Shown here in pieces: positions 47,213 through 59,300 of a DNA stretch of 64,000 nucleotides (positions within the stretch are counted from its first letter, which is position 1; each line of letters starts with the position of its first letter). The stretch covers positions 1-64,000 of the forward strand of contig NW_027191462.1 in NCBI RefSeq assembly GCF_011745625.1, written 5' to 3'. The stretch is from Cladosporium halotolerans (lineage: Eukaryota). The notes under the pieces are model-generated. The model saw only the letters and a program-made list of their open reading frames with translations. It ran no database searches and was not told where the DNA came from. Made by a program: the position numbers and the translations under genes.

Positions 47213-48442
47213 ATGGTCCGCCACAAGAAAGACTTCAGCAGTAAAGGCAAAAAGGGCGCCAACGGCAGACAAACCTTCGCCCAACATACGCATCCGGAAC
47301 GCGACGGAGGCCTCGGTGGAGGCAAGAAGCCTGAATTCAAGGCGGCAGCATGGGACCTCAATCACTGCGACGCTAAGCGATGCTCTGGCAAGAAGCTCAT
47401 GCGCCTGGGCCTGATGCGCGAGCTGCACGTTGGCCAGAAGCACCAGGGCGTTGTCGTATCGCCCAAGGCAAAGAGCATCATCAGTCCTGCGGACAGGGAG
47501 ATTTGCGAGCAGTACGGAGCGTCTGTGGTGGAAGCGAGCTGGAATCGCATCGATGAGGTTCCCTTCAGCAGGATTGGAGGCCCTCATCAGAGACTTCTGC
47601 CTTACTTGATTGCTGCCAACCCTACGAATTACGGAAAGCCTTGGCGCCTCAATTGCGTGGAAGCGCTGGCGGCTTGCTTCTTCATCTGCGGCCACCCCGA
47701 GTGGGCTGAGGGGATCCTCGCTCCTTTCTCGTATGGTTCGTCTTTCCTGGAGATCAACGACGCACCACTGAAAAGGTACGCGGCATGCAAAGATGAAGAG
47801 GAAGTGAAGAAGGCGGAGGAGGCGTGGCTGGCGAAGATTGAGAATGAGTACAAGGAAGATCGCGCGGAGCGTGAAGCAATGAAGGATGACATCTGGGCGG
47901 GCGGAAACATGAACCACCGAAACCTGAATGCGGCAAGCGATAGCGAGGATGAGGATGGCAGTGGTGACGAGGATGGCGACAGCGACGCGAGCAGTCTTGG
48001 CGGTATTCAGCTGGGTGGACCGAAGCCCGGCGAGCAGCCCAAGCCTGGCGACCCAGCAGACGAGGAGGAGGAGCGCGATCCCTACGCCCTACCGCCCTCA
48101 GATGACGAAGAGGAGATGGCCGAGCTGCGCCGCCGCGTGCTCGCATCAAAACCATTCACCAACCCTAAGAAGCCTGAAGACGACGCCCAGAACGAACGCA
48201 AAGTTCCTGAACGAATTCAGCGAGCCGGTCCCGCTGGCATGCCTGAAGATTCTGACGCGGAATCTGGCTCGGACATTGGTGGTGACGACGATGAAGAGTT
48301 CGACAACATTATGAATGCTGCACCCATGACCGACAGGGCTGGCATCTCTGCCGCAAAGAGGAAGAAGCAGATGGAGAAGGATGGCCAATTGAGCGCGACG
48401 TTCAGTCGCACTGTGCTCAGCGCGCCTGTGAGGCCGCCCTGA
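47213..48442 (+). CDS. TSR3: 18S rRNA aminocarboxypropyltransferase
   Basis: WDLNHCDAKRCSGKKL, RLLPYLIAANPTNYGKPWRLNCVEALAA, acidic C-terminal tail. Confidence 0.96.
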   Translation: MVRHKKDFSSKGKKGANGRQTFAQHTHPERDGGLGGGKKPEFKAAAWDLNHCDAKRCSGKKLMRLGLMRELHVGQKHQGVVVSPKAKSIISPADREICEQYGASVVEASWNRIDEVPFSRIGGPHQRLLPYLIAANPTNYGKPWRLNCVEALAACFFICGHPEWAEGILAPFSYGSSFLEINDAPLKRYAACKDEEEVKKAEEAWLAKIENEYKEDRAEREAMKDDIWAGGNMNHRNLNAASDSEDEDGSGDEDGDSDASSLGGIQLGGPKPGEQPKPGDPADEEEERDPYALPPSDDEEEMAELRRRVLASKPFTNPKKPEDDAQNERKVPERIQRAGPAGMPEDSDAESGSDIGGDDDEEFDNIMNAAPMTDRAGISAAKRKKQMEKDGQLSATFSRTVLSAPVRPP

Positions 48443-48934
48443 ATGCAGTATGCAGCATGAAATCATCACGCTTATGACTTGTAAACCCTATCATCTCCAC
48501 GTATCGATCAGTGCTCCATTGTGTTTTTGCTAGACGAGTTGCACGTCGCAAAGCTCTTCGTGACTGAAGTGCATTAGAGCTGAAATTCGCATCCAGGGAC
48601 ACTTTTTTATTTTTCGTGAGCCCTGGCAAATACATTGGAAGAAGAGAAGATAGCCAAATACTGATAATACTCTTACAGACAATCGAACGTGCAGCATCAC
48701 TCGGGTTGTGCTGGCTAACTCCAAGCGATCCCCCTAGCAACTACCCTAACCCTAAATGTTTCAAGCCTAAACAAACGCTCGTGTGCATGCACGCACCCTC
48801 CCTCCCGTACCCGCCCCGTTGTGACGGTATCTGGCTCAGACCTCACATTTTGTGACCTCACGCCCGTCCGATGCTGGCTCAAATTCGTCGTCCACCTTTA
48901 GCGTTACTGTTTGCGTGTCAACAAGGTGTACACT

Positions 48935-51919
48935 ATGTCGCGTCCATCCATATCAACGCCGTGTCCGGCGCCTTCGCGCGTTTCTTCGCATGGGATCAGC
49001 GCGCTCCCTTCTTTCTTGGACGATGATACCAGCCAGATCGAATACACTCGTGTTATACAACACGAATTTGCGCATGCAAGGCCTAGGCGGCCGGGGAAAC
49101 GGGATGCTGGTCAGAAGGTGTTTGAGGATGTTGTGGAAGGAGAGGAGATTAAGAACTTTGACAGAAAGGAAGATGTTGGAGCCCGTGGAACATTGCTTGG
49201 AAAAAGGCCATCAAGAAGAGTACCAATGAGTGCGATAGGGCAGGGCAGGGCTAGCATGCCGCAGAACAACACAGCCCGGGAAGAGACTGGGAGCCGGATC
49301 ACAGGACGCGAGAGGACAACCCAGCACGACAACGATATCAGGAAGGACTCCAGACGCCGTACGATATACGTACCACCAGACGACACGACCATGATGACCA
49401 TCCACCCCGGAGCGAACACGACAAACAGACTGGATGATACTTTTCAGCTGCCGAACTACCAACCGCAATCGTTGCTCGACTGCATATCTCAAAGCCCACC
49501 TCCGCCGGAGGATTTGCGCCAAAACTTGCGTGCAAAGAAACCGCGCATGAGTCTCGCGGCGGCACCGAGACGTGCACCGCTTGGCCAATTGGAAGCTAAG
49601 AGCCTAAACTCGATCGCGTCCGATGTCGCCGGAGAAGGTGGAGGAAAGGAGAACGTGCCGCCAGGTCTTGGAGTTGCGAGCAAAGACTCCTTGAAACCCA
49701 TCTCAAACAAGCCCGTGGAGCCAGCAAAGTCGACTACTGCACCATCTAGATTGCTCGAGCCAACTACTGCGAGCCAATCTAGACAAACTATCCAGAGTCG
49801 GAAGGCTGTTCCGATGACAAAAGCTAAAGTGAGTCCACGAGCACCGGTTGCTGCAAAGTCCTCGAGACAGGCGCCTTCAACAACAAGGAGCGTCCACCGA
49901 AGCACGGCGACGAGAACCTCCATCGAAAGACGCAGTAAAGATTCGCCAACCACCACCAAGGCTCCCTTGCCGCCGAAGCCATGGAAGAAGAGTGTCAATT
50001 TCGTTTCCGCAAACGACGTGTCGAAAGCGAAGCTGCAGCAATACCCGGTCTTGAACGAAGACGTCTCCCGACCGGAGCTGTACGAAGACTGCTGGCTTCA
50101 CCAGCAAGAAGTGGCCCTCACGGAGGTTGTCAATCAAATCTTTGCCGCGTCTCTACCTAGCACCTTCGACAAGACCTCCGAGGGCCGCTCTGTCCGCGAA
50201 AATCTGCTGGATATCTACGACCAGCCGCATGTTGCTACGCTTCACAAACGCCTCCAAGCTTCGCTGTCGTACGGTGCTTTGAGCAAGCCCAAAGACATGC
50301 CTTCTCCCCCCGACCTCACCCAGGACTTGGGACTGCGTAGGCGATTCATGCAGCTTTGGATCGATTCATACAGAATGGAGACTCTTTCTGCCGCGGTTGA
50401 AGTCGTGGTCGGACGCAGGATCCCTGGACCATCGATGGAGCAAACGCAAGGAGTTGAATCCAGCGCAAGACTGATCGACCCAAAGGAATCCCGCCGGTCG
50501 CTCATTGGTTTCCTGGAGACGTTCCTCGTCACAGTCGACGATCTAGAGACTTACAATGCTTCTGCAGACGATATTCAATCGCAGCGCCGCAACAAGACTG
50601 TTCTGCGCAGCTTGATGCTCATCTGGCTGCTTGATCGTGCAGTCACGGGCCATGGAAAGCCTGAGCGCCTGTTCAAGGTCAAATCAGTACACAAGTCCTC
50701 TGCTTCCGTGCTCAATGCCCTTACAAGCATGCTCATGCCCTCAATTGGCGACATGACCCGAGTTATGAGGCATATGGAGTACACCGTCTCGTACCTTCAA
50801 GATCCGCTCGACGAGGTGGTTTATCGGATCAACAACCTTGCCGTGGACCTGCGCGATGGGATCATGCTCACGAAATTAGTCGAGCTCTTGCTGTACAACA
50901 CCCCACTCAGCGTGTGGGATGGCGTTTCTGCAGATGGCGACACATTGACAATAGTCATGCCCGACGCTACTGTACTCGAAAGCGCTCTCTACGGGAACGA
51001 CGGCGTGCAGAAGGACGACATTTTGATGCAGCACGTCAAGATGCCATGCCTCGGTCACGCCCAAAAAGCGTACAATGTCGACATTGCACTGCAGGCACTC
51101 GCTGGAAATCACAGGACAGCGAGTGCCGTTGCAGCGAATATCACTGCCGACACCATCGTCAACGGTCACCGGGAGAATACCCTCAACCTCCTATGGTCTC
51201 TCGTCAGCTCGATCGGACTAGAGGTCCTGCTAGACAAGACAGCTCTGATCAACGACATCGCACGAGCCGACCCAACATTCTCCGATCTCAACACTCTCTC
51301 AATGGACACCCTGCTACAAAACTGGGCGGCAGCCTACTGCGCCCCCAACTGCATCCAAATCTCAAACCTGACGACCTCTTTCGCCAACGAGAAACCCTAC
51401 TCGGCCATTATCACCGCTTTCTCCGATTTCTTCGCACCAGGCGACAAGCGGGCATCGCTAGGCACTAACACCGCCACGCGCCTGCGCTCGATGGGCTGCA
51501 GCGAAGCGTTCGTGAAGCAACTTACGTCCTCCACAGCTTCTATCCCGACTCGACAGACGACGCTCGCCAATCTCGCTTTCCTGGCTTCGCGCCTCTTGCC
51601 GCTGGCTAAACGGCACCACGCTGCAGCCACGATCCAACGTGCTTTCCGTGCCAAGCGCGGGTGGACAGTCCTGCGACAACGTGTTGCGTTGATGAGGATG
51701 GCGGCAGACTGTGCGAAGGTTGTGCGCACGCAGCAGAAGCTTGTTGGTGCCGCTGTTTTGATTCAGAGGGCTTGGAGGGGGATTGTCAGGGATAGAGTGC
51801 AAAGGCTGGAGCAGGATGTGTCGGACTTCCAAGTAATTGCTCGTGGCTGGATGGAGAGGAGGAGGGTCGCTGCAGCGAAGAGGGGAATGCGAGGGGGTGG
51901 AATGAGGGCGCGTTGGTGA
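48935..51919 (+). CDS. ASPM/abnormal-spindle-like calmodulin-binding protein (CH domains plus IQ motifs)
   Basis: ATG 48935. LTQDLGLRRRF, YRINNLAVDLRDGIMLTKLVELL, IVNGHRENTLNLLW (CH). IQ motifs AAATIQRAFR, AAVLIQRAWR, FQVIARGW. Confidence 0.9.
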   Translation: MSRPSISTPCPAPSRVSSHGISALPSFLDDDTSQIEYTRVIQHEFAHARPRRPGKRDAGQKVFEDVVEGEEIKNFDRKEDVGARGTLLGKRPSRRVPMSAIGQGRASMPQNNTAREETGSRITGRERTTQHDNDIRKDSRRRTIYVPPDDTTMMTIHPGANTTNRLDDTFQLPNYQPQSLLDCISQSPPPPEDLRQNLRAKKPRMSLAAAPRRAPLGQLEAKSLNSIASDVAGEGGGKENVPPGLGVASKDSLKPISNKPVEPAKSTTAPSRLLEPTTASQSRQTIQSRKAVPMTKAKVSPRAPVAAKSSRQAPSTTRSVHRSTATRTSIERRSKDSPTTTKAPLPPKPWKKSVNFVSANDVSKAKLQQYPVLNEDVSRPELYEDCWLHQQEVALTEVVNQIFAASLPSTFDKTSEGRSVRENLLDIYDQPHVATLHKRLQASLSYGALSKPKDMPSPPDLTQDLGLRRRFMQLWIDSYRMETLSAAVEVVVGRRIPGPSMEQTQGVESSARLIDPKESRRSLIGFLETFLVTVDDLETYNASADDIQSQRRNKTVLRSLMLIWLLDRAVTGHGKPERLFKVKSVHKSSASVLNALTSMLMPSIGDMTRVMRHMEYTVSYLQDPLDEVVYRINNLAVDLRDGIMLTKLVELLLYNTPLSVWDGVSADGDTLTIVMPDATVLESALYGNDGVQKDDILMQHVKMPCLGHAQKAYNVDIALQALAGNHRTASAVAANITADTIVNGHRENTLNLLWSLVSSIGLEVLLDKTALINDIARADPTFSDLNTLSMDTLLQNWAAAYCAPNCIQISNLTTSFANEKPYSAIITAFSDFFAPGDKRASLGTNTATRLRSMGCSEAFVKQLTSSTASIPTRQTTLANLAFLASRLLPLAKRHHAAATIQRAFRAKRGWTVLRQRVALMRMAADCAKVVRTQQKLVGAAVLIQRAWRGIVRDRVQRLEQDVSDFQVIARGWMERRRVAAAKRGMRGGGMRARW

Positions 51920-52346
51920 ATTTGATGCCGTGCTGGATGTCTTGGGAGTTCAGCTGATTGGGGATAGAAGCGTGACTGACCACACGTGCATGTCCATACT
52001 AAGGAGTTAATGGTGGTTCAAGAGGCGACATCGATACCTATTAATGAGAATACTACGATTTCTTTGAACGGTCGCGCGAAATGTACACTATGGAGAGATT
52101 GCCAATGAATTTAGGCTTCCCCAGTACGAGAATTGCAATTGGTGATTTGCTACCTTACTCACAAGGTCGGCGAGGAGATCATGCAACTGGTAAAATCAAG
52201 TTTTGGCGGGTCTATTTCTATTCATCATACCGCATCTGTCGTAAGATCATCGTTTCTCAAGTTTCTGCCGCAAGCCCGGCAGCTCGCACAGGCTTTCGAC
52301 GATTTGCATCTTAATGCTCGTCGGACCTTCCCTTCCTCGAGATCTA

Positions 52347-53445
52347 TCAACCAAGAATGGTGCCACGGTCGGCACACTCGCGGGCACTCTGACCAGGAAG
52401 GCAGTTGCTGTTCGGGTCCCAGACGTTCTCGGCGATGTAACCACAGCCTGACTGCATCCACTTCTTCTCACCAGGGAACATGCTGAAAGCGAGGCCGCAA
52501 GTATCCGCGGCGCCGACGGTCATGTTGTAAAGATAGCATGCGGGAACGTAGTTGTAGTTGCGGTCGGTGCTTAGGTACCAGCTAGACCCTGCGCACTCCT
52601 CGTCGTCCTGGCAAGCCTGGCAGCAGGATGAAGGGTCCTTGGAGGCCGCATCGCCGCCGTAGGACTTGGGAGCCTCCTCACCGGAGTAGGCAATGCCGTC
52701 ATAGGGGTTGTAGCGAGCGAACCTCTCGCCGTCAGTGCCAATGAGGTTCGTGGGAGCACACTTGGCGGCTTGAGTCACGGTCGAGCTCGCAGTGCCGGTG
52801 GTCTCGCTGATGGTGGTCGTGCAGTAAGACTCTTCGGTCTTGGTCGTCGTGCCGGCGCTGGTGATGGTCACGGTGTGGTCCTTAGAAGAGGTGACGGTCT
52901 CCGTGATCTGGCTGGCATTACCGTATGCCGAGGGCTCGAAGTGAGTCACAGTCGAAGTAGGGTACACGTCGTAAGTGTTGGTCCAGGTGGTAGTGCCCAG
53001 AGGGTACTCATAGACAGCAGTGGTCCAGGGCTTGCACGAGGTCGACTCACGAAGGGACGACGACGAGTAAGAGCCCGTATATTCGGTTGCAGTGTACTCA
53101 ACACCTCTTTAATTGACATTTGATTAGCGCAAGTTCTCCTCGTGATCTGGAGTGTCAAATTTCCTACGTGGTGGTGCTGGCAGTGCAGCTGGTCAGAGTG
53201 GAGGTTGCCTCCGCTGCAGTGCTGGTCGTGGTCCCACTCGTGACCCAGCTGGTGACGGTTGTTGTCAAAGGAAGAGTTGTGGTGAAGGTCTCAGCATCGG
53301 CCTCGTGCGTGACCGTAGTCCTGATCATTACGCCGGAAGGGTAGTCGGCCTGGCTTGTCGATGTGATTGTCGCAGGGCATGACGAGGACGAGTCGGCAAC
53401 AACAGTTGCCGCCAAAGTGGCAGCAGCAAGAGCGTACTTGAACAT
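52347..53445 (-). CDS. Secreted Ser/Thr-rich protein with Cys-rich (PAN/apple-like) C-terminal domain
   Basis: Signal peptide MFKYALAAATLAATVVA. Intron 53167..53107 joins the exons in frame. AAKCAPTNL...SSCCQACQDDEECAGSSW...CYL. TATA-like element at ~53523-53529. Confidence 0.8.
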
Positions 53446-53799
53446 TGTGTGAAAAAGGCTGATAGATGTGGAGGAGTGGTAGCGAGTGTTGATGTTCCTG
53501 CAATACCGGAAGAGAAGATGAGATATAAGTACTTAGCTCGCGCGGTTGAGATATTGTTCATGACGGTGCTACGACGCACGACTCACGTTGCAAATACGAG
53601 CAGACACCCACTTTGTTCGTTTCGAGGCGCATTAGCTACCAACGATCAGAAGTCGTGCAATCCTTCGGGTTCTCACTCAAGGCCGTTTGGAGGCCGGACT
53701 CTTGAGCCGGCGGCCAGGAGCGGAGGTCGTCTACAAGGCCTCCGGCGCTAGCTAGGTGCGATGCTTAGCCGAGCCGTTCTCTGGCCTAAAATAACTATT

Positions 53800-54700
53800 C
53801 AATGAGCAAGTCGCGTGGTTTTCTTGCCTGCAGCCAAAAGCCCTAGCCAATCTGATTCCGACGGGCAGCAGCGGACCAGTTTCTTATCAATAGGCAGCCA
53901 TAATATCTTGTTCTTCCAGTAGGGCACGGCTCCAATCTCAGTCACCATGGGAAGGTCATTTAGCGATTGTCGTCCCCCGGAGAAGAGTCGGTGGGTTGTC
54001 TCGATGGAACAATCGTACAAATCTGTTACACCAAGCTTTCTAGGCTCTGCTGTCGAGCGAATGCATGGTTTGTCCTGTAGTGAGATCTTCTTCAACCTTT
54101 ATCCTAGATTATTTTCAACATGGCGGAAGGCTGAAGATAAAAGTGGAGAATCTGATGTATGCGGCTGAAACGCACAGCTCGCTAGTGCCTTCGTTGCGTT
54201 ATGCGGCTTCTTCCATTGTTTACGCGAGTCCCCTTTCACAGATGAGCGGTAGCATATCATCTTCAGAGTGCATACCTGGCCTGATGAGGCAAGTACTACC
54301 AGTCCTTAACCACATGGTGGTTTTCTCGTTTTATGCACAGAAGTGCCTTGATCTTGTAAATGATTATTGAGTTTTGCAAGGTAAGTTGAGTTGCTTTGCG
54401 GATCCAAACGACCATGTGGTTCCTGAGTGGGCCCGTACGTCCCGTGCCCTGCCGCGGACCTGCCCGATCCGATCCAACAAATTGGAAAGCATTGACTATA
54501 CTAGAAATTGTCGTATTCCAGGCGACGACTGTCATGACTCGCGTACTAAGAGGATAACATTGCACAAATGAGAGATAGAGGACGACCCGGTCCGCCTCGT
54601 ATTCTTCCAAATAGTATTCGGCAGGGACCTGCATCCTTCATGGCTAGCAGAATCAGAATCTAAGCTGGCTAACAGGACGGAACACCGAGATAGCCATTGA
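53800..54700 (-). pseudogene. Possible decayed protein-coding gene
   Basis: Protein-like reading (QVPAEYYLEEYEADRVVLYLSF...; after an apparent GTATGC...AAG intron GLA*TMEEAA*RNEGTSELCVSAAYIRF...AWCNRFVRLFHRD...RALLEEQDIMAAY**) interrupted by many stops. Lower GC than the flanking genes. Confidence 0.35.
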
Positions 54701-54781
54701 CGGGCTATCCAATGAACCTTTGAGTGCAAACAAAAAGCCAGCCCTCGCGGCCGGAGCGAGGTCCTATGCGGACAAAAGATG

Positions 54782-54863
54782 TGGACGAACCCGGAGTCGA
54801 ACCGGGAACCTTCTCCAACTCAGCTCATGCTAAGAAGATGTCATACCGCTAGACCATACGCCC
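54782..54863 (-). tRNA. tRNA-Ala (anticodon AGC), intron-containing
   Basis: Minus strand reads GGGCGTATGGTCTAGCGGTATGACATCTTCTTAGCA[TGAGCTGAGT]TGGAGAAGGTTCCCGGTTCGACTCCGGGTTCGTCCA. G3:U70 alanine identity pair, 10-nt intron, TTTT terminator just downstream. Confidence 0.95.
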
Positions 54864-55342
54864 TGTGATTGGTTGATGGGGGGATTGAAGCATTCTCTGG
54901 AACATAACACAAAGGCGTGAGATGTGTTTATCCGTTGTGTTGCAAGAATTGCGTTTTCAAGTCAATTCGAGCAAGCGCTGCATATGCGTCAATCGTTTTT
55001 CAGAGTTTTGAGGGATATGTGGAATTTCTGAAGTGATCCATCATGTCTTCGCGCTCAGAATACCTCTCGCGCGGCCAGGTCCGTACAGGCTTTTGATCCA
55101 TCGTTTTGACCACCACACACAGGCTGATGGAGGCTGTCGCATATCATCTCCCAGCATTAACATGTCTTGACTTTCTCCCGCAGGCCAGCTTAGCCCGCCT
55201 ATGTCCTCCGCATATCTCGTAGACAACAGTGCGGGCACTGTCGCGATCCAAATTCGAAGCTGCCCATCGCTGCCCGGAGCACATCCTTCTTTCGCTTCGT
55301 TGTTCAATTTGTCTGACGCACAGAGCTCTCTTGCCTTGACGC

Positions 55343-55880
55343 TTAGAAGCCTCTACCGCCGCGGCCACGGCCTCTGCCGCCGCGCCCGCGAGGGCCACCC
55401 CTTCCGCCACCACGCGGTCCACCACGTCCACCGCGATCCGCGGCCTCCTTGCGAGGCTTGTTCTTCGGCTTCGGCGCATCGTCGATCAGAAGGTTGTCGA
55501 GAGGTAGCGAATCGGGGAGGATGATGTGTCGGATCTCGCTGCCGCGAACGGAGATATGATCGAGGCTGACGGGCGAGCCACCCTTGACAGTCATCTTGGC
55601 TGTGCGGAGGTTGGTGTTCATTTGGGGAGAGACTGAAGCGATTGTGCCATTGATGATGGTGCCTGCACAAGCGTGAGCATACTGCAGGTAGGCCTGTCTT
55701 CACTAGGAGCTGCTTACCAGTCTTGAGCTCAACGGTTACTGTCTCGTTCGTGCATTTCATGAGAAACCTGTTGACTCCAGTCAGCCAGATCTTAATGCGC
55801 GCAGCCTTACAAGCAATCTTTCAGCATGTGGCTCGCGCGCGAAATGCTTTGAGGGCGAAAGCCTACCTAACGAGCTTCAT
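55343..55880 (-). CDS. SMD1: Small nuclear ribonucleoprotein Sm D1
   Basis: Exons 55880-55867, 55767-55718, 55662-55343 give [29 protein letters not shown]...MNTNL...[25 protein letters not shown] plus an RG-rich tail. Confidence 0.97.
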
Positions 55881-56332
55881 AGTTGCGGTTGCGCAGTCGC
55901 GATTAATTGATGAGAGTTGTGGAAGTAAGGTGAGCCAACAAGTGTGTCGAATAAGATGGTAAATGCGCGTGTCGGGGTATTCTGCGCGGCCAAGCAGCTT
56001 CACGTCGCATGTGAAGTCGGCTTTGCGTTTGCGGCTGGGAGCCTGAGGCTCGGCAACCCCACGTGAAAAGCGCGCTAAGATGCAGCTGCATCCGCTCTCT
56101 TTCGCTTTTGGGACCAATCGTTACTCCTACAAGGATTGCTAAAATTGACCAAAACCTCTACGGGGCAGCGATCTGTCCGCGAATATGGTATTGTCGCGTG
56201 CTTGAGGCTGTCAGTTTTTGTATACGGACGCGCGATACCACACACTCTGCCAGAATCGCCAGGTAATGCAATACCGCCACCAGGTCATTGCGGGTCTTCC
56301 ACAATCCGAGTCGAGTTGAGTCGGTCGCCAAC

Positions 56333-59300
56333 ATGGCAGACCGGATGGGCGCAGGCGACCCGAACGAATATCCAGATCCACACACGTCAGCCTTGAATCC
56401 ATATCCGGAATTGTCACAGCCAACATGGAGCCCTTACGGGCAATCGCAAATTCCCGGAGACGAGGACCTAGCAGTAACTGGAGGCGCGGAAGGTTCGCAA
56501 CTCTATCCGGACCTTGATGAGAGCCAGACGCCGGATCCGTATGGTGCTAGCAATGAGTACACCCGACTCGCCGAGCAATTCCATATGCAGCACGGTGATC
56601 CTGGTCAACGGCAACGGCAGAGCTATCATTTTCCGGGCGCTGCGATCGAATACGAATCTGACATTGATGCTGATCGCGAGGGAAGACCCGCGGAGAATCC
56701 ATACTACGACACGGAGTTGATTCGACGAGCTCAGGAAGTCGATGGTGGTGATTACGTGCCTACGGAAGATGACAACGAAGACGAGGACGACGATGATGAC
56801 AGCGACGACGACGACCCAGAGTTTGATGCTAGTTTTGCAGATGCACTGGCCTTGACGGAGAACGACATGGCGCTCGGCGAAGTCACCAAGCCAACGCGCG
56901 GGCGTCCCCGGGGCCGACCAAGAGGATCTGGTCGAGGGAGGGGCAGGGGACGAGGTTGGAAATGGGCGCTGAAAGGCACCGAACACGATCCAAAGGCTCG
57001 CAAAGACGGAGAGAAGCGCAGAGGCCGTCCCGGTGGACCGAGAGTCGGCCCTGGAGCGAGAAAGTCGAAGAAGCGGCAGCGCGCTGAAGACCCAGGCCCT
57101 GAGTTCAAGAAGCTTCAAGCACAGGCAACTGAAGCTTTCTTAAGTGGTCAGCTCGACAAAGCAATGGATCTAGCACGCCAGGCGGTCATGACAAATCCAG
57201 AGATATACGTGGCCCACTCCCTACTTTCTGACATCCTCATCGCGAAGGGCCATCATAAAGACGCCTTGGGTGCGTTGATGACTGGCGCGAATATTAAGAA
57301 GGACCCTGACCTCTGGTTACTCCTGGCTAACAGAACGCTTGACATGGCCGGTGACTTCCGAACTCGCGCAGAGTATGATCAAGCAGTGTTTTGTCTGTCC
57401 AAGGCGATTCACTACAGCCATGGCGAGGACAATTACGAGCTTCGGACACAGCGACGTGATCTTCACCTTGATTCACATCACGACGTCAGGGCCCGGATGG
57501 ACACAAAACAGCTGCTGCGTGCGAAACCAGATGACCTAGACAATCTCAAGCTGTATGCAGAGCTTTGCCTCGACTCAAAAGATCATTTCGAGATGAATGC
57601 TGGCCAAGAGGTCTACCTGGAGACTTTCAAGCTATTTAGCGATAAAGACACCTTTGGGGACTCCGAGGAACAATGGATTCATCTCAATCTGTATTTGGAA
57701 CTTGTCGATAGGACCAAAGAGCCAGCGTATGCAGTCTTCGAGTTGAAGCGACTTGCTAGATGGCTCTTGGGACGCCAAGAGGACGACTACTGGGACGGCG
57801 TGACCGAAGACGATCGAGAATTCGATAGTGAGCACGAGCGCCGCCTTGACGTTGCAGAGTTCCGGAATGGCTCGCATGTGGATCCAGAAACCTACGGCGA
57901 TGGATTGCCACTGGATCTACGGGTCAAGCTTGGAGCATTCCGCCTGAAGATGAAAGATCAGGACGAAGCTCTCCGGCATTTTGATCATATCTACGAACTA
58001 AGGGACGACATTGGAGGCGTCTACGATTTGTTCTACACGATCGGAGATACCCTTCGAAAAGCGTCTTTGTTTGACCACGCCATTCGCTTCTACAAGCCTG
58101 TCGAGGCCTTGGAAGAAGAACTCACTGATGAGTATTGGATCAGTCTGGCTGCATGTTACCGCGGCCTCCAAGAGTTCGAGGAAGCGGAGAACTGCTATCG
58201 AGCCGTGATGGAACTGGAACCCAATCACGCGCCGGCACGGGCAGAGCTTGCGAAGATGCTGGCAGATGACATGAACGAAAAAGAGAGAGCCATGACCATC
58301 ATTCGCGACTTGATCGCAATGGGCAGAAAAGACATCATCAGGAAAGAGAGGCTCGAGATGCCGCCTGTGAATCCGAGAGAATCAGCTCGGAAAGAGAGGG
58401 CCAACGAGATCAAGAGGAAACGTGCGCCCATCGATCTTGTACCTGTTCCTGAGATTGACGAAGCGCTCGAGAGGAAGCGATTGAAGCAGCGGGAAGCTGT
58501 CAAGCTGCGAGAGATGAGGAGGAGAGCCACTCAGCCCAATCAAGACGACGGCGCCGAGCCACAAAGCGACGATGAGGCTGACGAGTCGTTTGTGCCTGCT
58601 GGGAATGGTTCATACAACGCATTCCAAGCCGTCTTCAATGACGATGGCCAACAGCCACCGTCAAACAACGCTTCCAACCGAGAGACTGCGGAACAGCGAG
58701 AAGAGCAAACTGCCGAGAATGCTCCTCGAAACAGAGCTTTTGCAGAAATCCTCAAAAAGGAAGAAGATCGTGAGCGCTTTTTCGAGCAGCAATCAGAGCG
58801 TATCCTTACCTGCTTCGCCAAGGTTCAAGAACTCTGGCATGTTCTTGACGAAGAAAATGCGGCGGAGGAAGATGTCTTTGACTGGATGGATAACGCACGG
58901 CTGATGTATCGGGAGTTTCGCACGATGCGGGTATTCTACCCGATTCGGGACAGGTACAAGCCGTTCAAAGGATTTGCTCCTGTTAGAATTCGCAACAGAG
59001 CAAGCAAATTCATCCGCGAATTGGAAGCTTTCCAAAAGCGACTGGAAGAGGATGGCGTGCAACCAGAGGCAAACGACAGCGATTCTGACCATGGAGGCGA
59101 GAATTCCAAGGCGAAGGCACCACCGCCACTCGACATTTCGACTCCAACGGATTTTCACGGCATCAATTTCCCGACATGGCATCGCATTTTTGTGGATCTT
59201 GCGCTGCTCGACGCGAAACAAAGCGATCAAGAGTCTTGCTACGAGATCATCGAAAACGGGTTGTTCAATTCCAATGTCTTCTATCATAACCAAGATCTGC

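Noticed and set aside
48743..48755. Longer telomere-repeat match as an alternative TER template
   Set aside because: Only ~490 bp separate TSR3 and the ASPM-like CDS, so a 1.5-2.5 kb RNA would run through a protein-coding gene. No comparable structured non-coding region follows.
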